64,000 nucleotides of DNA from Bugula neritina (Eukaryota > Animalia > Bryozoa). The notes under the pieces are model-generated. The model did not search any database. It saw only the letters and a program-made list of their open reading frames with translations, and was not told the origin of the DNA. The stretch lies in assembly GCA_964035545.1 (NCBI GenBank), contig OZ037768.1, forward strand, positions 8,712,741 to 8,776,740, in the 5' to 3' direction. The position numbers and the translations under genes were made by a program. Each line of letters opens with the position of its first letter. Within the stretch, counting starts at the first letter, position 1. Positions 10,531 to 23,936 of the stretch are shown piece by piece.

Positions 10531-10800
10531 TTGCTATTACTATTACTATTAGAGTATTACTACTACTAGTACTATTACTATTAGTATTCGTGTGGTGTGC
10601 TCTAGTTCTATGACTACGTCTACAGTACTAGTACTAGTACTAGTAGAACTAGAACTAGTACAGTACTTGTAGTAAAATAAGAATACTTATTTATTTATTA
10701 TTAGTTATTACTATTACTATTAGTATTAGTAATAGTATTACTATACTTAAAGTTAATCTTATAGTTATTACAGTTACTTTTGGTTATTACTTATCACTAT
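10531..10800. repeat. Degenerate (TATTAC/TACTAG)n low-complexity tract
   Basis: Visible directly, e.g. gctattactattactattag and agtactagtactagtactagt. Confidence 0.8.
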
Positions 10801-11612
10801 CAGTATTGCCGTTTATAACTATAACGTTAATGATGATGAAAATTAGTAAGATAAGATATGTATTATTATTTAATTATGATGTTGAATATGGCATTTAATT
10901 GTTTACAAATATGGTCCTATGCTTATTTTAAATTTATTAATATTTTGGTATTTATTTTTATTTTCATATTTGTATAGTTTTCACTGTCATATTCTTAACA
11001 TTAAATTTAATGTTCTAGTTAAGGTTGAGGATGTTTATGTTGGATTTTATTACTCAACTTCTGGTTAAGTAAAATAGAAGTTAAAATTGCTAGTTTAACT
11101 TCGATGCAGAGTTTAGGCTTAAGGCTAAGCTAAGCTTATTAAAATTTAAATTTATCAACGGCAGGCTTAAATCAGCACCAACTAAGTCAAATTTAAGAGT
11201 TGGTCTCTTTTAAATATAGTTCAAACAATAATGTTGAATCAAGTTTAAGTTGACTTAAGCAATGACTTAAATTTTCTTGATCAAATAAATTTGTTGTTGC
11301 AGTTTTGGCTATAGATATTTTATTATGAAATAACTTTGCATCTTCTGTGTTTAGAGCCATGGTATGCGCCGTAGAATAAACACTTTGACAAGCATTTTGA
11401 TATAAAATAAAGAGTCAAAGTTATACATTTAATGTAAACTTAACTTTATAATAATACAAAATGTTAAGAATCTTGAGATTATTATAAACTGAAAAATAGA
11501 ATTATGTTTCTAAATTATGAAAAACTTAGTCGGGTGATGAAAACTGCCAAGCTGAGTTAATAATGTTTGAATTTTTAAATCAAATTCTTAAAAGACATTT
11601 TGCTTGCAGATC

Positions 11613-14600
11613 ATGTCATTGCGAGTGTTAAATGAGGAAGTGCCTGCTAATGGCAACAATGCATTGAGCTCATCTAAAAAACTTAATGCTAAAGAAAGTT
11701 TGGAATTATCTAGAGTAATGCAAAAATTAATAAAAAGGTAAGTCAGTTGCAATATTGCCTGCTTGGCTTAAATTTATGCAATTTAAAGATATGCTTTGAT
11801 AAAAATACAGTGCTCCTTCCATATCTCATTAAGCTGCGGCCCCGAAACCTCAATTCTTGAATTAGTAGAATACCTTGGATCCGTGAAATTTGTTCGTTTT
11901 TCCTGTACACACATACATAAGCCCTAAAATAAGGGTCCAAGTGCTTATCGTGACCTGTGGAATTTTGTGAGAAATGGATCTGTTAGTTATGGGAGGAGCA
12001 CTGTATTAACTAAATGATAAAGGCGAGGTCTAGGGTACTTCATTATGTGCTGGTGAGAGGATAAATCCCAAACGTTCATTCGCATACATGCATATACAGC
12101 AGCCAGCTAAGCAATTTTGGTGCTTATTCTTAAAAATAGGCAATTAAATTACATGCCTTACTTACAAATAAATAGAGGTGATACAAGGCATCTGCAAGTG
12201 ACTTGAAGCCAAGTTAGCAATTTAGTAGTCGATGAGTGGGCAGTTAGTATCGGATGAATCTGTCAATACTAAATTATTCATATTTGTACTTGTATCAATG
12301 ACATTCATCTATTTACATATACATAATATTGTAATATAATCTTCTTTTTCACCTTTTTATCACTGTTTGTTAATGTGTTTGCGTTATTTACTTTGTATTA
12401 CTCACCTTGTATTATTTAGAGTGAAAGGTGAGTTTGCCATGGGAGAGTTTATTGACTACAGTTCACTGAGATCTAGTGAACTTTTCAATGAGTTCCAAAC
12501 AGCAGCATCTCAACTTTCACTCATAGACTTGGATAGTTTCAACGACTCTCAGAGTAAAGCTTTTTTCATCAGTAAGTTTCATTTCGTTTTGTATTTTTTA
12601 TTAGCGAGCAGTTTTTATTCTGGCAATACTTTTACTTATTTACTTATTTACTTACTTACTTACTTACTTTACTTATTTACTTTTACTTATCTATAAATAA
12701 GTATTTTAAGCTTACTGTACTGACCCCATTGGACATATCAAGTAAGATGATTTTGTTCCAAGTTGAAAAGCCATTTTACTTCATCAAGCAGTGGTTCATC
12801 TACTCTGTATTCTTAGTAATGTATATCGTTCTATGATATTATACTTATCTAGATGTATACAACACTCTGACATTGCACGGAGTGCTTTCTGTTGACCCGC
12901 TTCCAGATTCGGTTCTTAAAGTTAAAAAATTTTGGAACACGACTTGCTACAGAATTGGTGAACATGTTTACTCCCTTGATGATATTGAACATGGCATTTT
13001 ACGAGGTATTTGTTAGTATTTTATGTTTATACTCATATTTCCTAATATATAAATTATGGAAATTATTATATGATAACTATTATGTTATTTATTTTCTTAT
13101 GTTACTAATTGTCTTAATAGCGGTTTATAGTACAAAATGTTATACATATAATAGAGATATGGAATTTGATAATATAGTTCCCTCCTCTTATTGTTCTATT
13201 ATATATTTTGAAAGATCCGTTCTCTAAGTGTTTGCCAGCATTTTCATGTTATGATAGAGATAGTATTTGTTTATATAGGCATATTTTGATATATTTTCTC
13301 ACTAACATAATTTGAATCATATTACACATGCAATTATTTTTTAAATGAGTGTTTCTTTAATTTTAAATTCAAATCTGATAAATTTTCACAGCTAATAACT
13401 CACATCCCTCGAGTAAAAAAGCATGCTTTGAAGAAGATGACCCGAGATTGAAATACGCTGCTAAGAAGGTGGACCCAAGAATTCATTTTGCCCTAAACTG
13501 TGGTGCTAAGGTCACTTATTTATTTTGTTATACCAAGTTTCTAGTGCCAAGAACTGTCGAATTAGCTACTATTATTGTTGGAAATCTATATCGCAATTTA
13601 CAAAAAATACAAATGGCATTGGTTCTAAGCCTCGCTGTTTTGCAGTCAAGATAATCAGTGTAAAGCGTTTTTTAAAACACTGTTTTAAAGGCAAGTTTCA
13701 ACAATATTACTTATTTGCAATAATTAGCCATGTTCATGAAATCAGGGTGTACTGCTGATGAAAGGGAAGCCCAGGTTTTGCAGGCTTCACATAACCTATT
13801 AATAAGTTACATATGTTGGCTATTTCTCAGGAAAATCCTTATGCATTGATTTCACTTCTCCTAGTACCTTAGCTATCATATATTCAGTATTAAAAAAATA
13901 ATCTTTTCTTCATAATCCATGTATGACAGCGTTGAATAGTAAAATCTGAAGTATTTTTTATTGTTTGGACACTTACACACACAACAAATTAATAACCACC
14001 AAGTAATGTAATGATCTGTTATACTTAATGTAGGAGTTTAAAGAATATTTTCTAAGCTTTTGACCTGAATTTGTAATTAATTTTATAAATTATATATCAG
14101 ATTTTCTTGGATTTGAATTTGCGTGTAAATAATGCCACTTTCTAGGTTTTTGGCTCTGGCGGTGTAATGAAATTATCTAGCTTCTGTTTCTGCTTATGTT
14201 AACTCAAAGGTTTTTCTATACAGTCATGTCCGGCTATATCCGCATACAGCGAGGAAAATCTTGAGCAAGCTCTAGAGAATGCCGCTACAAACTTCTGCAG
14301 ACAAGAGATCATTGTGCTGCCCAAGAATGAAGAAGTTTATCTGTCTAGACTCTTCGAGTGGTATGAAAGGGACTTTGGTGCTAATGATGTTGCTGCAGTT
14401 CAGTGAGTTTTAGATATTGTGTTTCCGTACTTGTGTGTGTTGTAACCTGTAGACTATTCACCGCACATGTTCACATGGCTGTCAGATGTTAATTAGTGTT
14501 TTATTTTAGCTTTAAATGCAGGCCTGAGACTCTTGGCCAGCTGTTACGTTACTTTTATAGCATGATATGTGGCTCAAGAGATTTGTACTGGTATACATGT

Positions 14601-15128
14601 GTCATCCTTGATTATGCAAATGCTAATCAACTGTTTGTATAGTTAGTTAGGTTCAGATTTTGCACCTGCTGATAAATCATCATGAACATATAAATAGTCT
14701 CATTATTGACTCGCACCATAAAAATGTTATTTGTTGATGAATTACCTGGCTGACGGGTCAGACTATAAAATATAAATACTATGATGGAAACTTTTGTATT
14801 GGAAAACTAAAAGTATTGTTTTACACAAAGAATACTTTTGCCTAAGTTATATTATTATTAAATTGTATATTATATTTCACTGAAAAATATATTTGGCATT
14901 AGGGTTTGTTTTAGCAGCAAATGATATTTTAAAACATGTTTTGTGATTATCATACTTTCATGGTTTCCAGTACATAGTATTGTTGTTGGTGACAGGTGGA
15001 CCTTACCATACCTGGAGGATGAGAAACGTGCTCAGTTGTCTGCCCTTTTGAACAGCATATTATCTGTGGGCTCAGGAAAGATTCTGTATAATGAATATGA
15101 TTGGAGTTTAAATTCTACATTTCGCTAG
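11613..15128 (+). CDS. DUF547-domain protein, 6 coding exons, ~286 aa
   Basis: Exons 11613-11737, 12420-12571, 12853-13005, 13392-13510, 14224-14402, 14996-15128 are phase-consistent. DUF547 motifs AFFINVYN, SLDDIEHGILR, DPRIHFALNCGAKSCP, LSRLFEWYERDF, YDWSLN. The start codon is tentative. Confidence 0.88.
11808..12003. mobile_element. 196-bp non-autonomous Tc1/mariner(pogo)-type MITE in an intron of the DUF547 gene
   Basis: TIRs CAGTGCTCCTTCCATA ... TATGGGAGGAGCACTG (one mismatch) flanked by TA on both sides (11806-11807, 12004-12005). Confidence 0.82.
12629..12690. repeat. (TACT/TATT)n intronic microsatellite
   Basis: tttacttatttacttatttacttacttacttacttac... Confidence 0.8.
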
Positions 15129-18100
15129 TCAATCAATTTATTGTTATAAGTGCTTAAATTTACAGATTGCAAGTAAGCAACAGTGTGTTGTAAATCACGA
15201 CTGCACTTTATAGATGAGGCGCACATGGTATTTTCTTAATTTATTTATTTTCTTGTTGCTATAGAAGAGAGCAGTCTGTTATTTCTAAGTTGAGCATTTA
15301 TTATCAGGGTATTTTTTAATGGGTTCGCAACATCTCAAAGTCAATTCACTAAGAAGCAATGTTATAGAAACTATGAATGGGCATTAAACTAGTAACTGAA
15401 TATAATATTGAGTAGTTACTTTTTCATAGAGCTGTTTTTATCTGTTTATTGGGAGAAAGAAATGTGCTATAACTTTGTTTTGTACACGGTTTTGTTATAC
15501 TATGGTCAGCCTCTTTGAAACTCAATTTCAACTTATTTAGTGAATATACTATAAGTAATGTGAGCCGAGACTAGCTCAACTCTGCCCACCTTTAGTATCA
15601 TGTTCAAATTAAAAAAAATAATTTTAGTGTTTGATTTTGTATGAGTTTTATCGAATTGTGAGGTGCAAATGCTGGTTAAATTTTTGTGATTTATATAATT
15701 GTTATTTTATAGCGTTTTGTCAACGATTACTACAATCTTACTTTGTTTTCATGTTAGCTAAATTGTCTTCTCTTGCCATTTTATGCATAATTTTATAAGT
15801 TTTTAAATTTAGATGAATCGTTTATATTTAGTTTTATCTCTTACATACTTCTATACCAACAGTTCTACTAAATAATTTTTGTGGGCTATATTAAACTTTA
15901 TTTGTGCTTTAGAGTAAAGCTATGATCTTTGACACTATAATCTATATTTTAGAACAATATTGGTAAATTTATTCTTTAAAAATTTTTCTTTTTCTCTAAT
16001 AGATAACCTATATAATATAATGTAATCTTTTCTCTAATAGATGTTTTAATGTAACTAGTTTTAAAAGTTTGCCTAAGATGTATGGTTTATAACAGCAATA
16101 TTCTAATTTTGTGATTTTTTTCAATAAATCATGTCGATGAAAATTCTGACATGTGTATATTATGGTGTTGGTATACAACATATGTATGTCTTAAAAGTGG
16201 TTTGAAGAGACAATAATGATGGAACTATTGAAGTTAGCTAACCACACCAACGGTCAATAATTATTACAGCAGTGAAGGGAAACAACTCCATACTGTCAAT
16301 TCTGACGGGGAAACTGATTCACATGCCAGAAAATTGTTAACCTTGGCACTATTTTTATGTTCTGGAGAAAATTTTCAGAATTAAAAGTTTAAGACGGCAG
16401 TATCACTTCTAATAAATTCAATATCTAAATAGAATTAGCTTCACCTTCATCATTCAACTAAAATGCGGAGATTATATGTCAATTTACTCAAATTTATTAA
16501 ATTTAACTCTGCGCAAATAGTTTACGTAGAAATGAGGTGCTAAAAAGATTTCACGTGTGTTGATGTTGAAATAAATCAAACTTCAGGACGTTGCTTTATT
16601 CCAATACTCAATTGAGATTACATATCACACACACAGGAAGCCCATAAGTGCTGCATTTATATAAATAGTACCATTGAAATGTTGAATATAGCATTAGAAT
16701 ACTAGTTTAGAGTATGACTATGAGTTATACTCATATTGTTGTACAGGTGTTACAGGTGATTTCTTTAGAACTGCTCAATGCTCCACTTACAGTTGGAATA
16801 AATATGCTTGTAATATGCACTTAAATCATATTTGATGTCATTCAGCAGCTGTAGTCTAGTGGTTATAGTGCATGGGTTAAATTGCTGAGTCATAACAAGA
16901 AGGGCATCTAATTGCAATACTTTGTTACTACAAGAAAAAACTCGAAAATAATGTAGCCAGACCTTACCATTACTGTCAGGGGTTTCCACAAAGCTTTAAA
17001 TAATTGAAGTTTATTGGGCTATCCAAGATATCATTATTAAAATTTATATTTATATAGTATAATATTTTCACTCAATAATTTGTAAGTCCAGTTTATTTTA
17101 TTCACACATGTAGCTTCGTTTAAAAAATTAATTTTGTGCATTAATACATTTGGGCAATATCTTAATGTATTTAGAAACAACAAAAAACAGCTAAGATAAA
17201 ATTTTAATTCATGAATCAAGAGCATGCAAATCTTTGCAAAACATGTTTGCATGCAATTAATATGATCTGCACAACTTACTCTTTGTTCTTTCACTTACTT
17301 GAAAATTTTCTATTGTGAAATTACTGCTTGCCACATTTGATATTTTGCAAATATTTCTTTATACATCACAGAGGATGTAAAATCTTATAATGAAATATAA
17401 TTTTGACTATATAATCCTATCAACATTTCATTATTCAGATTTTGTTGCCTGAGCACAACCAGCCTGTAAAGTTAGTTTTCATAAATGAAGTTACTTCCAA
17501 ATAAACAGTTAAATATTTTCTGTATATTGATGATGAAGGATTCATAATAAAATATACTGATAGTATGGGCAATCATAATGGTTTTATTGACATTTTTGAC
17601 AACGTCCTCTGTCATATCCAGGGTAAACAGTATGCATATGAATGAAATGAATATACATGTGGCACTGTTGGTGCAGTTTTTGGCTACATTGCGGCTTGTT
17701 CAAACTTAGCAAGGAATATAAATGCTTTCTACATTAATGTTATTAGTTGTGATGGAAATAAGTTATGTTAATAGTGGTTGCTTAGCGACTATATCGTCGT
17801 CAATGATTCCATTAAATGTATCAATCAATTTCCGATAGACAACCGACCGCTATCTAGGCTATATTGTGTGGTTTCGTTTTAATGCATGCAAATTCCCTGG
17901 AACTAATTTGCTCTGCAAGGGCGTACCGCGTAGAAGTTGAAACGGACCAGGCATTGTAACAGTATTTTCTTTAATTATAATTAGTATTTAATCGGTTAAT
18001 TTTGTATCCAAGTGATTAAAATTTTGGGTTTAATATATTTAACTGTTATTCTTCAATTTGTCATGTTGTTTTCTTTTGTGATAGTTTACTTTTTCTGTGG

Positions 18101-20159
18101 TACTTTAGTTTTTTCTTAAAAATACTATAGCATGTTCATGTTGATGCTATAAGTATAACTATAAGTATAAGTATATAATATTATTATTATAGTATATTGA
18201 TATAATTAAAATATGTTGTTGATGATTACTAAAATAAATACTAAAATAGTGTTTATAATGGATATGAATATCAATAGTTTAACGCCTACTCCTAGTTCCA
18301 GTCTTTGAATGATGAATCTCCATGAAGTTTAACTTTAAGTGGTTGATGATTGCTATTATAATTATGATTATCATTATGATTATTATTATGGTTATGTTAC
18401 ATTGTAATGTAAATTATTTACCTGCTGATTTGTTAAAATTAGTATTCACAATTACTGGCAATAGTCATCATCATAGTAAATGTAAGCCATAAGAATCATT
18501 ACAATCATAGTGATGATCATAATGATAAAGGAAATTATTGTAATATCTAATGTTCAATTTTTCTTCCACATTATGATTATGGTTTATTGCTAGCCTATGC
18601 TCATAATGATGATAAACACCTTAAGTTTATATTATAGACCAGTAACTGTGATACTAAATAGCAATTACTACCTAATAAAATATAGGTAAATTTTATTAAC
18701 TTCATCTCTCAGCTTGATGATTTTAACAAACTTTATCTAATAAGACTGTCTGGGATTGCTGATACCTATGCAAGAGTATTGGGGAATTTGCATTGTATTT
18801 TTAATGTGATATACATTGGTGCTATTTTAAGATATTGAAAATTTTTATAATTAATTTTGGTTACAAGAGAACTAGAAAAATCTAGTAGCTCGAAAAATAC
18901 AAGAATCTTATTTCTTGAGCAAAGAATTTAAGTGAAGTATTTACCAAACAATCATATTAATTTCTTATCTAGCTTTGTCCTGAATTTAGGTCAACTTGTG
19001 TATTTTAAAAAATGGTTGTTTGACACTGTAGAACTATATGCCAACTATATGCTGTTGTAATATGTAGCAGTGACTCTAACAGTTTGTGCTTTATGGGTTA
19101 TTTTATGGGCTCCTATTGTAAAGTTCTGGGAAATGCATTTATTTCAGTATTGCATTTCAACATTAACATCACATTACAATCATTGATCTAAGTTAAATAG
19201 GATTTCTAGATTATGTGTCATGACCTTGGTGCCCAGTAAATGCTTTTGCTCCACTTTCAAGTATGCACAAAAGTTATGAGAGGACTTAGTAAATATGAAT
19301 CCAAGATCTGTGGTAGATTAGTTAGGGTTTCAGAGAGTAAATAGAGCACATGTATGCAGCTGTGTAGTTATTTATGTGCATATACCCTTGCACATGTCAC
19401 ATTCTAAAAGCATTTGATAAAATGATAGAAATCATTTATTTTAATGCTAGTATCTCAGCAGAGGGAGTCTTGTACCATCTCTGAAATATAACTAGCCAGT
19501 TTATATATTCTATAAATCATCTTTTATGAATAAAATATCTTTAGATAATATGCTTATTCTCTATAGCTGTTTCAAAAATTACAAAAAAGACCTTGTTTAG
19601 CAAAGTCGTTTCCATTCTTCCCTTGAAGAAGTTTAAAAATATTAGTTATAATATTTTTGAAAAATTAATATTTTATCTCAAATATGTTGTATATATTTAT
19701 AACAATTATAAACTATAAGTTGTATTTCTTGTTCTTGCTGGTGCAAACTATTATCTATAAATAACTAAGTAGTGCTCTTTGATTGTATAAACATTTCATC
19801 CAATATTTAAATATGCAAGTTCTTTTAGCTCTTCTAATCAGAAATCAGTGCTGCTCTTCTATTAAGTTTATAATTACATAAGCCTATATAGCTACGCTAC
19901 ATATAAACTTATAAGTATATCTATTATCCGGTTTATGCATTGGTTTGTTTAATGGTATTATTTTCGAAAAGGGATTGCTTGTCTGAGTTTTAAAGACATG
20001 AAAGACATGTATGTATTTTACTATTGCCATATTTATTCTCTGATGTGGACCAGTTTCTATAGCTTTCTGTTATTCATTAAAATAAGCTGTTCTTTTATGA
20101 ACTGTCGCATAAAATTCTTATAGGGCATAATTGAAGAGATTTTATTGCATAAAATATAA

Positions 20160-22876
20160 ATGGCGTCAAATAGCGGTGTTGGAGATGGTGCTCAAGTAGA
20201 TTTCCAAATGGAAGAAAGGAATCGGGTAGGAAATCTTTATTCACAGTTTAAATCTATGCATGAAAATTATGCTTCAAATCAACAATATTTAGTTGGCTTG
20301 CTGTATTTCTTTAATTATAAATTTTCAGTCATTTAGTTTAAATATTTGAGCAATACCCATATTATTTAAACTTCTCCTATTAGTTATTGGTTTGATTAAA
20401 TTTTTAATAATTTAGTTGAGTTTACTCTTGCTCTTACATGTTAACAAACAAATAATATTTTTAGCAAGCATTAGAAAATGATTTTTTATATTGTGTTTTC
20501 ATCTTGACACAAAACCTGACATGCAGTTTTAACAATTATAACTTTAGAGCAAACAAGTGCAAGCTCAATTACTGTATTTTGTTGTAGGAAGCCGGCCAGT
20601 CATCGAATAGCTTTGAAGACTCGAATGAGCTGCCGAATAAAATCGAACAGCAACTCAGATGCTGGAAAATTTTTGCTATTGTTTTTATTGTTTTATCAGC
20701 TTTATTGTTATTGGCTGTTTTATTAGTTGTCTTTATCAAAACACCGCTGCAAAGTCAAGGACTCTTTTCGGGTTTAACCCCTCAGGAAGCTGACCAAATT
20801 ATAAAGTTTATGTTGAATCAAAAAGAACTTAAACTGAAACGGTCATTTAAAGCACAACTTGATGACAATTATATTTACTCAATTGATGATGAGCTTCCTC
20901 CCAAATCAGAGGTGCTGCAATGGCTAGATGGCAGTAATCAGACAACCCCAGAACGTAGAGCAAGAGTGCTTCTTTTTATGGGAGAAACTCAAACTATTGA
21001 GGAATACATAGTATCACCAGTTCCCAATCCTCAAATCAAAACAAAACGACCCAATGAAAAGCTTACTTGGAAAGCACGGCCTCTTTGTGAAGTGGTAGAG
21101 CTTCAGATATTAAGGACATTTATTATTGATCAACTTGAAACGATATCGGATATATATTTTGACAGTTTTTCTAATGGGTGCACCCAAATTTCAGATTGCT
21201 TTTATATGAATACTGCCCCGAGAGCTGTCATTGGCTCGCCAGATCGCTTTATTTTAGTATGGCTTTTTATTGACCCTTCTATAATAAGTGACTACTATCT
21301 TTATTCTCTTCCCTTTTACTTAATAATAAAAACTCCTGCCAAAAGCGTTAATTTTGAGATTGAAGAGATTTATTACAACGGAATAAAATTTGATTCTCTA
21401 AACCAATTAAAAAATGAATATTCAGTAAATCAGAGTATTCGCTATCAAGTTCCTGACTGGCGTAGTCAAAGCAATAGTTATGGTTCTCCCGAAAGAATTT
21501 TCTTAGAAGACACTATTGATCAACATCGGAGACCACCTTTACAGGTTCAGCCTGACTGCTCTAGAGTTGAAGTTACTGGTTCAGCTGTGAAATGGCTGGG
21601 TTGGTCCTTTAATATCCACTCTCATATTTTGTCAGGTGTGCAATTGTTTGATGTTCGATATAAAAGTGAAAAAATTGCCTATGAACTAAGCATGCAAGAC
21701 ACGTTTGTTTTATATTCGGGTGGACCACCAGATGATTATTTCAAAAACTTTTTTGATAATGGCTATAGCATTGGGAGACTTACCACACCACTTGTTAGAG
21801 GAGTTGATTGCCCTATTGATGCTTTTTATATAAATAGCAATACCTACCAAGCTGGTAGTGACTATGCTACTTATCACACAGATTCAATATGTGTGTTTGA
21901 ACATAGAAATTCTGTGCCACTGCACAGACATTATTCCTCTTTATTCGGAAATTTTCGATACGGGTTTAGCATGCCTGACTCTGTACTCATTGTTCGACAA
22001 ATCATTACCGTTTGGAACTATGATTATATTTTCGACTATGTATTTCACCAAAGTGGCTTGATAGAACTAAAAGTTTCATCCACTGGCTATGTAGCTGTTA
22101 CTAATTATCTTGATGGCTCTACTATCAAACATGGTTACATAATTAATGATCACTGGATGGCTACTGCTAATTTACATCAACATATATTTAATTTCAAACT
22201 GGACCTTGATATTAAGGGAACAAAAAACAACTTTAAAACTATAAACTTGAAATCAGAAGAGTTTCCAGCAAATAACTTTTCTGGAGGCAACCCTTGGCCA
22301 CAAATGGTAATGGAAGAGTTTCTGGTTAAGAATGAGCATGATGCTGCTATCCGCTACAGTTTTGACAAACCAAAGTTCTATGTAGTGTATGATAACACAC
22401 TTAATCGATCTGGATATAGGATTCTTTCTAATCATTTTCATAATACTGCTTTGCCAGACTCTTCACCATTGCTTATGGGTGGGGCATCGTGGGTTAAATA
22501 TCAACTTGCAGTCACCAAATTTAAAGAAAGCGAAAGAACCACCATTTCTGAATTTGTTCAAGGAGATCCATTCAATCCAGCAGTAAAATTTGATGATTTC
22601 ATTGCTGACAATGACACATTGGAAAGTGAAGATCTTGTTGCCTGGGTTACTGTTGGGTTACACCATATACCAACGTATGAAGATCTTCCAGTTACTACTA
22701 CTCCTGGGAAAACATTATCAGTAATTTTGGCTCCTTTTAATTTCTTCGAGAAAGATCCTGCAATACATTCCAGAGATGCTGCTGTGTTTTTTCACGAACT
22801 CACAAATATTACTGATAGCTACCTGCATCTCGATAACACTTGCACAGTTCCTAATGAAAAGCCTTCGGTTTATTAA
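20160..22876 (+). CDS. Copper-containing (TPQ) amine oxidase, AOC1/AOC3-like, type II membrane; copy 1, ~784 aa
   Basis: Exon 20160-20225 (22 codons) plus exon 20588-22876. N-terminal TM helix; FFDNGY (catalytic Asp), TVWNYDY (TPQ consensus N-Y-D), HQH and GLHHIP copper ligands. Confidence 0.93.
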
Positions 22877-23487
22877 TTATCTTATGTGATGTAACTGCAT
22901 ATAATAAAAGGAAAGGGAAGATTTAATAACATTTTTCAAAATAACTTTTTAGGTAGCTCTATTTACTGCTGGCATCTTAATGTTTATTTACTTTCTTTCA
23001 TGTTGAAGTAAAATTAGTTACTATCTATAATCGCTGACCTTTTTGATAATTTTAAGATTTTTTTAAAATACTTTCATGTTTATGTATTGCCATTTTACAT
23101 AGGTTTTAGTTAATCGAGTTTTACAGTATGGGAGCTGTTGTTTACCATATTGTTCTAATTCTAATTCCATAATATTTATACTAAAATGTCCTGTAAATTA
23201 TTCAATAATAAAGATAAAAGCTTTATATACACACTTTTGGCTTTGATAAATTTGTTTCGAGCTCTTGCCAAACAGCACACTTGATATCATTGTATCCAAG
23301 TTATTTGAAAATGACAAAATTATATGAGTTTTATTCCTAATAATAAATCTAAGAAAGTGCAAGCCTCCTGTGGTTAGCATACAACTCTATACCTTTTTGC
23401 AATTTAAAATAACCAATCTAACAAATATGAAATGAGGTTATAACCAAAATTGAATAAAAACTCTTGCTGGTATAATTTATGCAATAC

Positions 23488-23936
23488 TGTAATGGCCATG
23501 GCATACATCATGCTACCCCCTCCCATTATCGCAACATGGACCATAGTCTACTCAACTAACTGTACTGCAAGTACACTAGCTAGCTACACATTTCTATTTT
23601 TAACTATGACACTACACATGCAATGCAAGGCTACACTCTTCAGATTCCTGCTAGGCAAAAGGGCGGCCTTTGCTGCAGTGCCAATCAGGATTAAGCTCCC
23701 TTATATAAGCAGGACAGTTCATGTGCCCAGTGACGTTTTAGCTAGTATTACTACTCATGCATGGTTCTTATGTTTTACTACTGTTTTATCTGATATTTTT
23801 TCTCAAATGCCACATCTGTAAATATAGATTATCATTCTCGAAATACTCACAGTCCTCTCTCTTGATAAATACATAGAGTTATGTTCTAGCTTCTCATACA
23901 CGCACATACCCACACACAGTAGTTAATAAAACTACA
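23488..23936 (+). mobile_element. Possible degraded solo LTR
   Basis: Starts TGTAATGG, has TATATAAG near 23702 and AATAAA at 23925, ends ...CTACA; the TSD is imperfect. Confidence 0.3.
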
